A stretch of 62,754 bases of DNA, the filler included, from Chrysochromulina tobinii (lineage: Eukaryota), in assembly GCA_001275005.1 (NCBI GenBank). It is 8 parts of 8 records of this genome, joined end to end, with 100 filler letters (N's around TTAATTAATTAA, not from the genome) between each part and the next. Parts side by side here need not be neighbours in the genome. Positions count along the whole stretch, not along the records: positions 1 to 3,305 come from JWZX01001232.1; positions 3,406 to 13,566 come from JWZX01001233.1; 6 more parts are not named here. The stretch is one strand, 5' to 3'. Positions 1 through 8,878 of this stretch are shown in pieces. The notes under the pieces were generated by a model, which was not told the DNA's origin, searched no databases, and was given only the letters and a program-made list of their open reading frames with translations. Each line of letters starts with the position of its first letter. Within the stretch, counting starts at the first letter, position 1. The position numbers and the translations under genes are program-made.

Positions 1-502
1 TCGACCCGAGCGGCACGGAGATGCGCATCGTCGAGTCGACGTTGTAGCTGACAGCGTGCCGGGCCTCAACCACCGGGCCGCTCAGCCTCCCGAACTTGAA
101 GACGAGCGTGTCCGCCGCGTCGACGTAAGCGAGGGCGGTCGTCGCCTCCCCGCCATCAACTCGCCGCTTGTGCGTGGTCGAGCCGAGCTGCCGCTTCGGA
201 TTGACCACGCCGTACTCGTCGAAGAGGTCGAGTGCGACACGAGCCGACCGCTGCCCCCCGTACAGGTGAGACACATCGTCCAGCCCAACGCTCACCTGCA
301 GCGTCGGCATCGTCGCGTCGCAGCCCACGTACCCGAAGGCCTCTTCGAATCGCCGCCACACCAGCCCGTGCTTGCGGATACAGAAGAGCAACTCGAGGTG
401 CGACCGCCGCCCGGCCACGCTCACGGCCACGCTCACATCCGCTTCCACCGCCGCCTCGCGAGAGTCGCACATGGGTGGAAGCGCCATGGGTGGAAGCGCC
501 AT
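1..502 (-). CDS. Hypothetical protein, 3' end truncated by window edge
   Basis: My translation from the ATG at 502 (MALPPMALPPMCDSREAAVEADVSV...FKFGRLSGPVVEARH...) stays open to position 1. It is missing from the ORF track because it has no stop. No family recognised. Confidence 0.5.
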   Translation of the reverse strand, partial: MALPPMALPPMCDSREAAVEADVSVAVSVAGRRSHLELLFCIRKHGLVWRRFEEAFGYVGCDATMPTLQVSVGLDDVSHLYGGQRSARVALDLFDEYGVVNPKRQLGSTTHKRRVDGGEATTALAYVDAADTLVFKFGRLSGPVVEARHAVSYNVDSTMRISVPLGS

Positions 503-1113
503 GAGTGTGTAGTGAACTAACTGTGAGCGACGCTCGCATTTCTCGCAAGCTGCATGCTCGTTTGTGGATCCAAACGTTCACACCTAAGGCGTAAAACTGT
601 ATCGTAACATGGTTACAACTGAACCCGGGCAGGCACGCTCGCGTATGTGGCTTACCGAGCTCGAACACGAGGGGTATGCACGCACTAACACGCATGTGTG
701 AAAAGTTCAAACGGGTCGACAAAGTACTGCGATTCTCATCTATGGCGCTCACATGCGAGCGCGCCCGGTGACTACTGGCAGGAGGCCAGCAAGCTGTGCG
801 CCGCTAAGGAGGTGAGATCTCCTGGCTTGTCACTCAGACGCCACAGGCGAGAGGGGAGAGCAGGGGAGCGCCTCGCTCGGCTAGCCGCGCGCCGCGGTAT
901 GTGCGCTGGTGTGAAACCAACCCGACAGGGAGGCGGGGGGGTTGGGTCCGCCCCGATGAGGTGTTCGGAGTGGGAGACTTGTGTCGATTGTTACCGGTAC
1001 TTTTGGAAGCACCCGCATCCGCCAACACGCGTGCCCGAACCACAAGACCCCTCCACCGCCGCCCGATTGCGCGATCGCCAGTAGGCGAGTAGGACGGTAA
1101 GATTGGCCCGCGC

Positions 1114-1761
1114 CTACTCCTGCATCGCCTCGCCTTCCGCTTCCTTCTCCACGAGCCCGAGTTGGTTGCGCAGGCCCGGCGAGAGCAGCATGGCTGCTGC
1201 GTTGCCTTCGTTGTCCACCGTCGTGATGTCGGCGCCCGCCTCCGCGAGTGCGATGCACGCATTCCATTCCTCCATGGTACACGCGACATGGAAGGCCGTC
1301 TGGCCGTTGCCGTCGCGCTCCTCGAAGGTGCCAGCGTGGTGACGCATGGCATTTATGAGTATCGGTATGATGAGGGCGTGCCCACGACCAGTGGCGCGAT
1401 GCAACGCGGTCGCTTTGGACGCGTCACGCGCAAGCAGGTCCGCCTTTGCTTCGATCAGCACGCGCAACACGTCGGCGTGGCCCTTGGACGCGGCAAAAAT
1501 GAGTGCAGTCGAGCCGGACCCGTCCACCCGGCTGTTGACCTCGATATCGCCGCCGCTTGGACCAATAAGAAAGGCGACCACTTCGGTGTGTCCAGCTGAG
1601 GCCGCCGAGTGCAACGGCCGCCAGCCACCATCATCCTTGGTGTCGGTGGCTGCTCCGCGCTTTATCGCATCCTCGACAAGATCCAAGCGCCCCGCCGCTG
1701 CCGCACGGTGTAGCGCAGTCCGTCGGTCTGAATCACGCTCGTCGACGACGGACGTCGACAT
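1114..1761 (-). CDS. Ankyrin-repeat protein, gankyrin/26S proteasome assembly chaperone (PSMD10/Nas6)-like
   Basis: About 215 aa with consecutive ANK repeats that follow gankyrin: DSDRRTALHRAA, KDDGGWRPLHSAASAG, TALIFAASKGH, ATALHRATGRG, GQTAFHVACTMEE. ATG at 1761 chosen as start. Confidence 0.8.
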   Translation of the reverse strand: MSTSVVDERDSDRRTALHRAAAAGRLDLVEDAIKRGAATDTKDDGGWRPLHSAASAGHTEVVAFLIGPSGGDIEVNSRVDGSGSTALIFAASKGHADVLRVLIEAKADLLARDASKATALHRATGRGHALIIPILINAMRHHAGTFEERDGNGQTAFHVACTMEEWNACIALAEAGADITTVDNEGNAAAMLLSPGLRNQLGLVEKEAEGEAMQE

Positions 1762-1774
1762 CCCCGCAAACCAG

Positions 1775-2560
1775 AAGCGCCGTCCGCTGAGCAGGTACCC
1801 GGGCAGGTGGGTTCGTCGCACGCATGGCACTCGCATGTGCCAAGCGGCTGTGGCATCGCTGATCGCGACGGTCGCCGCGACACATCGGCCGTGAACGCAG
1901 CCTCCGCTGCAGTCGAGCTTGGAATAGTCGTGCCCCGTCCAGCCCACGGAGCACGCGCCACCGCCCCACGCTGACGCACACGCCATGCGAGGAGCAGCCG
2001 TGAGTACAGAGAGGTCCCTCGCACCCATCGCCGCCCCAGCCAGAGTCGCACAGGCAAATGGGCGCGGCGGCGCACGTGCCGCGAGATGCGCCGCCGCACA
2101 GGCTGCCATCCGCACTCGTCGGACAGACCTTGAGGCCACATTTCTCGCCCGCCCAGCCTCGCTCGCACGAGCACGCCGAGCCGACACCCGTACCGTGCCC
2201 GAGGCAGCCCTCGAGGACCACCTCGCAGTAAGTGGTCATCGAGCAGTCGATTCCCTTCCAGCCCTCGGAGCACGCGCAGTGAGCCGGCGCGACGCATCGG
2301 CCATGGAGCGCCTCGCAGCCGTTGGGGCACTGCGGTTCACAGCAGTCGGCGCCGCTCCAGTCCTGGTGGCATTCGCACGAGACGGGCAGCCCATGGTCGC
2401 CAGGCTCTGAAGGTAAGCACGTCGAGTGCGAAACCTGGGCCACGGGCGGCGTAGGCGCGCCGGCGGAGGTGTTCCCCGCGAAGGGGCCTGACACGGCAGC
2501 CGAACAGCGCTTGCCGCTGCAGTCAAAGCCGCCCCACGGACGCGCTTCGGACCAAGCGGC
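1775..2560 (-). pseudogene. Degenerate tenascin/teneurin-type EGF-repeat coding sequence
   Basis: CxCxxGWxGxDC units (CECHQDWSGADC, CACSEGWKGIDC, CSCERGWAGEKC, CLCDSGWGGDGC, CSVGWTGHDYS) are spread over three reading frames, with lost cysteines and no clear start. Confidence 0.6.
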
Positions 2561-3305
2561 CGTGAACCACCGTGTGAAGAGCCATCAGAACCCTCCGAGT
2601 CTACCGGCCGTTTGGGATACTGGGCATAAGGGGTACGAGCTCGTAGTAAATTAGTGTATCGAGCCATTTGAGGAACAATTTATGTGAGCAGTTTCGACCA
2701 TCAGGCAAGTGACCACGAGCAACCTCTGCCGCTTGAGTGGCAACGGGTTATAGGTGAGGATGCAGGGACGAAGAAGGGACCTAGTTTTATTTTGTAGTGA
2801 GGAAACTGGGACAAGGACCTCGCAAGGACCAAATTACCTTCCCTTGTGTACCGAGTTCCTCGGGTTTTACTCTCTAACATAGGTTGTGGACTGGTAGAGG
2901 GTGATGGTGGTCACATCCCTGATGGCAGAGTGCCGACAGAGGACCCGAAACAACCCAGAAAATCGAGCTCGGCGGTGGTTTAAAGGCCCACGTTGCGCCC
3001 TCATTCCGCAAGCCTCATCCGGGCCCGGACGAATCATGGCCCTTGTGCGCGTCGCTGCCGGGCTCCCTGGCGGCTCCAGACGCGATCGGATCGGCCCGTT
3101 TGGGCTTTGAGGCGACGCCCGTGGTCGATGCCGATCACGGCGAGAGCGAATCGCGAAGCCGGCGACGCCGAGGCCGGTGCTGCGGCCTCTGGGAACAGCT
3201 CAAAGGCAACGGTGTCTCACCCGAAGGCATCTGCGCGGCTTGCCGCGCACGGAGCATCCGCCGCAGCCAGCTGGTAAGCTGAGGCGCCGCATTCTCGGGG
3301 CAGTG

Positions 3306-3405
3306 NNNNNNNNNNNNNNNNNNNNNNNNNNNNNNNNNNNNNNNNNNNNTTAATTAATTAANNNNNNNNNNNNNNNNNNNNNNNNNNNNNNNNNNNNNNN
3401 NNNNN
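3306..3405. other. Artificial contig spacer (N44-TTAATTAATTAA-N44)
   Basis: An identical 100-nt spacer with stops in all frames also lies at 13567-13666, 23296-23395, 34974-35073, 44705-44804, 47691-47790 and 50730-50829. Confidence 0.99.
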
Positions 3406-3409
3406 GAGC

Positions 3410-5515
3410 ATGGTGGCGGCGGGGGCGACGGACGTGGAGCTCATCGGGGCGTCTGAGGACGCGTGGATCCTGGAGGATCCCGAGTGGGTGGCGAGGGTGG
3501 CGGGCGGCCGGGACGGGCTCGGCAAGGCGCTCATAGCGGACAAGGAGGAGGGGCGCGTGGGCGGGCTGGAGCTGAGCTATGGGAAGTGGAAGGGGGAGGC
3601 GCTGCCGGCGTCTGTGGCGAGGCTGACGGCGCTGCGAGAGCTCAAGATGACAAACTGCAGGTCGCTCAAGTCGGTCGCGGTCCTCCCCGCGTCGGTGACG
3701 CAGATTGGTAAGAACGCCTTTGAAGACTGCACTTCGCTGGCGTCGATCACGATCCCCGAGTCGGTGACGCAGATTGGTGAGGGCGCCTTTCTCGGCTGCA
3801 CCTCGCTCGCGTCGATCACGCTCCCCGAGTCGGTGACGCAGATTGGTGAGGGCGCCTTTCTCGGCTGCACCTCGCTCGCGTCGATCACGCTCCCCGAGTC
3901 GGTGACGCAAATTGGTCGGAGCGCCTTTGAGGGATGCACCTCGCTCGCGTCGATCACGATCCCCGCGTCGGTGACGCAGATTGGTGCGGAAGCCTTTAAG
4001 GGCTGCACCTCGCTTTCGTCGATCACGATCCCATCGGCGACCCTCGTCGACCCATCGGCCTTCGGCGAGCACACTCAAGTCACCTTTATGGCTCTGGAGC
4101 TCATCGGGGCGTCTGAGGACGCGTGGATCCTGGAGGATCCCGAGTGGGTGGCGGGGATGGAGGGCGGCCGGGACGGGCTCGGCAAGGGGGTGCTCACGGT
4201 GGACAAGGAGGAGGGGCGCGTGGTCGGGCTGGAGCTGCGCGGGAAGAAGTGGAAGGGGGAGGCGCTGCCGGCGTCTGTGGCGAGGCTGACGGCGCTGCGA
4301 GAGCTCACGATGCGAGACTGCAAGTCGCTCAAGTCGGTCGCGGACCTCCCAGCGTCGGTGACGCAGATTGGTGCGCACGCCTTTTCCGGCTGCACCTCCC
4401 TCGCGTCGATCACGCTCCCAGCGTCGGTGACGCAGATTGGTGGGTACGCCTTTTACGGCTGCGCCTTGCTCGCGTCGATCACGCTCCCCGAGTCGGTGAC
4501 GCAGATTGGTGTGAAAGCCTTTTTCAACTGCACCTCGCTCGCGTCGATCACGCTCCCCGCGTCCGTGACGCTGATTGGTGAGGAAGCCTTTCGCGGCTGC
4601 GCCTCGCTCGCGTCGATCACGCTCCCCGAGTCGGTGACGCTGATTGGTGAGCATGCCTTTTGGGGCTGCGCCTCGCTCGCATCGATCACGCTTCCGGCGT
4701 CGGTGACGCAGATTGGTGGGTACGCCTTTTTCGACTGCATCTCGCTCGCGTCGATCACGCTCCCCGCGTCGGTGACGCAGATTGGTGGGTACGCCTTTTT
4801 CAACTGCATCTCGCTCGCGTCGATCACGCTCCCCGCGTCCGTGACGCAGATTGGTGGGGGCGCCTTTCAGGGCTGCACCTCGCTCGCGTCGATCACGCTC
4901 CCCGCGTCGGTGACGCAGATTGGTAAGGAAGCCTTTAAGGGCTGCGCCTCGCTCGCGTCGATCACGATCCCCGAGTCGGTGACGCTGATTGGTAAGGAAG
5001 CCTTTTTCGACTGCGCCTCGCTCGCGTCGATCACGCTCCCCGAGTCGGTGACGCAGATTGGTGTGGAAGCCTTTTACGGCTGCGCCTCGCTCGCGTCGAT
5101 CACGCTCCCCGCGTCGGTGACGCAGATTGGTGGGTACGCCTTTTACGGCTGCACCTCGCTCGCGTCGATCACGCTCCCCGCGTCGGTGACGCAGATTGGT
5201 GGGTACGCCTTTTACGGCTGCGCCTCGCTCGCGACGATCACGCTCCCCGCGTCGGTGACGCAGATTGGTGGGTACGCCTTTAAGGGCTGCACCTCGCTCG
5301 CGTCGATCATGATGCCCGCGTCGGTGACGCAGATTGGTAAGGAAGCCTTTAAGGGCTGCACCTCGCTCGCGTCGATCACGATCCCCGAGACGGTGACGCA
5401 GATTGGTAAGGAAGCCTTTGAGGGCTGCGCCTCGCTTTCGTCGATCACGATCCCATCGGCGACCCTCGTCGACCCATCGGCCTTCAGCGCGTGCACTCAA
5501 GTCACCCGCGCATAG
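3410..5515 (+). CDS. BspA/TpLRR (LRR_5) leucine-rich repeat protein with two tandem modules, possibly 5'-partial
   Basis: 21 units of 23 aa (LPxSVTQIGxxAFxxCxSLASIT), 5 in module 1 and 16 in module 2. Each module has the same N-cap (ELIGASEDAWILEDPEWV...) and C-cap (IPSATLVDPSAF). The ATG is 4 nt from the contig start. Confidence 0.92.
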   Translation: MVAAGATDVELIGASEDAWILEDPEWVARVAGGRDGLGKALIADKEEGRVGGLELSYGKWKGEALPASVARLTALRELKMTNCRSLKSVAVLPASVTQIGKNAFEDCTSLASITIPESVTQIGEGAFLGCTSLASITLPESVTQIGEGAFLGCTSLASITLPESVTQIGRSAFEGCTSLASITIPASVTQIGAEAFKGCTSLSSITIPSATLVDPSAFGEHTQVTFMALELIGASEDAWILEDPEWVAGMEGGRDGLGKGVLTVDKEEGRVVGLELRGKKWKGEALPASVARLTALRELTMRDCKSLKSVADLPASVTQIGAHAFSGCTSLASITLPASVTQIGGYAFYGCALLASITLPESVTQIGVKAFFNCTSLASITLPASVTLIGEEAFRGCASLASITLPESVTLIGEHAFWGCASLASITLPASVTQIGGYAFFDCISLASITLPASVTQIGGYAFFNCISLASITLPASVTQIGGGAFQGCTSLASITLPASVTQIGKEAFKGCASLASITIPESVTLIGKEAFFDCASLASITLPESVTQIGVEAFYGCASLASITLPASVTQIGGYAFYGCTSLASITLPASVTQIGGYAFYGCASLATITLPASVTQIGGYAFKGCTSLASIMMPASVTQIGKEAFKGCTSLASITIPETVTQIGKEAFEGCASLSSITIPSATLVDPSAFSACTQVTRA
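3682..5450 (+). repeat. 69-bp coding tandem repeat (two arrays, about 3682-4030 and 4346-5450)
   Basis: Near-identical units ctccccg(c/a)gtcggtgacgcagattggtNNNNNNgcctttNNNNNNtgc(a/g)cctcgctcgcgtcgatcacg. Confidence 0.95.
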
Positions 5516-7613
5516 GCCGGCTCTGGAGCGCGCTGCGCGGAAGACCAGCAGGCCCCACATCTCTCTCTGGCGTGTGCCCGCCGCGCGCCGTGCGATGCCC
5601 CGGAGGCATCAGCCGCGACCGACTCATCGGGGTTGCCCCGCGCGGCGGCGTGGGCTCGGTCTCTCCAACGGACAGCGGGACTCAGGCGTCGCGAGCACGC
5701 GCTCCCCGGTGGCGCCACACACTGCCTCGCTGCGCATTTTCCGGAGTTATATCGGAATATCGGTATATCGCTTGTATGTTGGTAAGTCTGTGTCGCGCCG
5801 TTGCCGACAGGCCGGGTGCACTGCCGAGTGCGTCACAGCGCGGTCCGATCTTTTTGTGCGGCTTCAAGGGCGAAGGGGCAACTTCGATCTTGTGAAAAAT
5901 ACGTCACCGGCAAGAAGTAGAACGCAGAGGCCGGCCGCCGGCGCCGCTGAGCCACTCGGCGCTTCTCTCCCGGTGGTGCGGGCACCTGTTCGCTAAGTTG
6001 AGTCTTGAGAAGTTGCCGTGTCAAACTACATCCTCAGACAATTCTATGCCTAATGGGATCTGGCGTGTCAGCCTGATCAGTATCCATGTGCCCCGCCGAC
6101 CTTAGGCGACCTGGGTTGCTAGTCCCAGCACCCAGGGCCGCCAAGAAGGCGCGCACTTATGATCAAGAAAGCAAAGCTTTTACTCTCGACTCACGCGCGC
6201 CTCCAGACACCAACCAGGCTTTCCCACAGGGTGGAAAGCCTATTTTCGCGCGCATGCGACCGGGACACGGTCACCGGTCCCTAACAGTATGTCTCAACTC
6301 GCACCTAAGACCCGTGGATCTTACTGAGCCAACGAGAACGACAGACGAGGTTTCTTCTGCTTCAGATTTGTCTTCTCGCCGAGGAGCGAGTTAACAGTGA
6401 AGGGCGGTTGGGCTGGGGTGAAGGTAGCCCCGGCGAGTGAGGTACCAGAGCGGGCAAGGCTCGCTTCCGTAGCCAGCCGGAGGGTACGGTGGGAGAGCGC
6501 TCCACCCGTTGGCTGAGCACCCGCTGGGCAGGGTTCATATCCGATCAGTGGTATGTGCCTACAAGAACCAACCGAGACTATCGGTCTATTGCATAGGCAC
6601 ACACCAACGGTGAGACCTTGCCAAACGTCATCCAACAGGGGGGCAGGGCCCTGCTGGGCGCCCCGGTGAAACGTTTCGCCGGCAGACGTTTCGTTCCGCC
6701 CAGGCATCTGTCTCGCCAAAACGAAATGGCGGCGCTCCCAAGAGCAACCCCACGAAGCTCAGCGCAGCAGTCAGGGCCAACACATGCTCGCGTGTTCGGC
6801 GACTTTTCAGCGAACCCACCACCATCCCCTTGACACCACCAGTATTCCCACCCGTACCGTACTGTGTGTTACTGTATGGGGGACCATAGGGGGCTCGCGC
6901 CATGGCGAGCTCCCGCGGCTTTCTAAATATTCAATCCCTTAACAAGCTCACGTACGAGAACGTCGCAACTCGCGACGCGCCTTCTCCCCGGGGTAACTCA
7001 TTATTTCCCAACGAGCGAACCTTCCGGGGACTTTTCTGGCATGCATGCCGGATCTCTCGGACCCACACATGGGCGATGGTATGCCCAGCTTGATCGTCGA
7101 CGCTGCGCCAAGCACGGGCGACGGTTTACCAAGCAGCAGGCTTGGACGTGACCGCTCCAAGCATTGGCGAAGGTATGCACAGCTTTGGCGACGCTTCCCC
7201 AAGCATGGGTCCCCCCTTCTGTCTCGAATGACGTTTCGCTTGCCTCTTTACATAGTCTGCGCGTCATTCTCACCTGGTCACCCACAGAAACCCTTCCCCG
7301 AGTTTCTGCAGTGCCCACGGCCCGCTTGCTCGCGCTGTCCTTGAAGCGCGCGCTGCTGGCCTTAATGCTGGCCTGCAGCCTTCCTTTCAGCCTCGCTCTA
7401 ATCGAAGCCCTCCCTGCGGCCGTGGCCGCGTAGCCGCGCCAACGATCCATATGTAGAATTGAATTACGCACGATCGTACAAAATCAAAAATCGCGATCGG
7501 ATCAATCTCTCATGTACCACGCTACCGGTACCGCCTCACAGTACCGAAAGACAAAACGTGACGCCCGCGATCATGCCCGCGGTGCACGCCCCCCCTGCTA
7601 AGGTCCCAAAGCG

Positions 7614-8780
7614 TCAAGGCTTGAGTTTGGCCGCGCTCAGGGGGCGGGAGGAGGGGCCAAGGTCGGCCCGCTGGTGTGACGAACCCGAGCGCCCGTGTGA
7701 CGAACCCGAGCGCCGCGCCGAGCGCGGGTCGCTCCTTGTGGGGAAGTCGTACGAGAAGCTCCGGTAGCCGGCGCCGGGACGGCGCATCGGCTCGCGAGCC
7801 GCCTCCAAAGAGTTGCCACCGCGCCGCGTATTGGACGCGAAGCCAGAGGACGGCTGATAGTCCACGCCGCGCCCATCGCCCCTGCCGCCCCCTAATGTTA
7901 AGTACGCGGGCGTCTCGTACGTGCCTGGCCCGGGCGTGCCCGTATCGGCGCTCGGGAAGCCCGGCTCGTCGCCGCCAAAGATGTCATCTCTCCAAGGCGC
8001 TGCCCCACTCCAGAAATGAGCTTGCCCATCCAGGAGGTAGCGCGGGGCACTGTAGCCCGCCTGCTCCCTCACATCGGCGCCGCCAAACTTGCCGCCGTTG
8101 ACAGGGTGCCACGGACTCCACTCGCCGCCGCCGCTGCTGCCACCGTCCGTGGGCAGCGCGCGCACGCGCACGCCGAGTAGCCGTTGGTCCGCGTGGGGCA
8201 GCTGGATGTGGCACCGGAAGGGCCCCATCGCGACGCAGTCGGGGTGGTGCGCGTCGATGACGACGTCGCCGTGCCGAGTCTTGAGCTCGAGCTCGTACGC
8301 AGGCGATCCGGTGAGCTTGATGATGATGTCATCGTACTGCACGTGCACAAAGCGCACCCGCGGCATCACATATGCTGAGCGGACCCGAGCGTCCTCTTGG
8401 ATGGGTTTGAAAGAGGACGCCCCTCCAATGCTGCTGCTCGAATGCAAGGGTGTGGGGATGCGGGCCATGGTGTTGCCATACTCACGAGCACCGCGCGGAG
8501 CATCGCGCGGCACCACGCGCGGTGCAGTCTCCACAGACCCAGCCGGTTGCAAATCGCCCTGCGTCATGTAAAGTGGATGGTAGATGACCTTGTGCGGCCC
8601 ACGCGGAGGAAAAGTGTAGACTCGGAGCGGATCCGAAGGCAGCACGACGTGCTGAGCACGGACCTGAGGGGAGCCGTCCACGTAGTACACCGGCACTGGA
8701 AGCCCATGACATTCCAACATCTGCGTTTTGTTGGACGGCCGCCCCGCGAGTTCCCGTTCAGAATCAAAACAAGGGTCCAC
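7614..8780 (-). CDS. Hypothetical protein with FN3-like segment and one SHIPPO/STPG-like (PGPGxY) motif
   Basis: 388-aa ORF containing YELELK...GVRVRAL...GEWSPW (FN3-like) and TPGPGTYETP...SSGFASNTRR. Start uncertain (GTG 8780 or ATG 8720). Confidence 0.55.
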   Translation of the reverse strand: MDPCFDSERELAGRPSNKTQMLECHGLPVPVYYVDGSPQVRAQHVVLPSDPLRVYTFPPRGPHKVIYHPLYMTQGDLQPAGSVETAPRVVPRDAPRGAREYGNTMARIPTPLHSSSSIGGASSFKPIQEDARVRSAYVMPRVRFVHVQYDDIIIKLTGSPAYELELKTRHGDVVIDAHHPDCVAMGPFRCHIQLPHADQRLLGVRVRALPTDGGSSGGGEWSPWHPVNGGKFGGADVREQAGYSAPRYLLDGQAHFWSGAAPWRDDIFGGDEPGFPSADTGTPGPGTYETPAYLTLGGGRGDGRGVDYQPSSGFASNTRRGGNSLEAAREPMRRPGAGYRSFSYDFPTRSDPRSARRSGSSHGRSGSSHQRADLGPSSRPLSAAKLKP

Positions 8781-8878
8781 AGACCCCCAGTGTCTTTACA
8801 ACCGATACTTTCCTCCTTCCGGCGATCCTTTCGCCCGATTCGGTCTGGATTCCTGTAACGAACCCCTGCATCGCACGA

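Noticed and set aside
3306..3405. Palindromic TTAATTAATTAA flanked by Ns, seven occurrences
   Set aside because: Identical 100-nt artificial linker between concatenated contigs; not biological.
3682..5450. 69-bp repeats with variable cores as a CRISPR array or DGR target
   Set aside because: They are in-frame LRR coding units. The variation is not adenine-specific, and there is no template repeat or linked RT on this contig.
3350..5560. Long antisense and alternate-frame ORFs (e.g. 3350-5560, 14370-15692, 38927-40081, 53225-54958, 58953-60101)
   Set aside because: Shadow ORFs expected from high GC3 and repeats opposite well-supported genes.
5990..7500. Lower-GC intergenic stretch with short ORFs and a GC hairpin near 6890-6915 as a transposon/Helitron remnant
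   Set aside because: I could not identify transposase motifs, paired termini or a target duplication.
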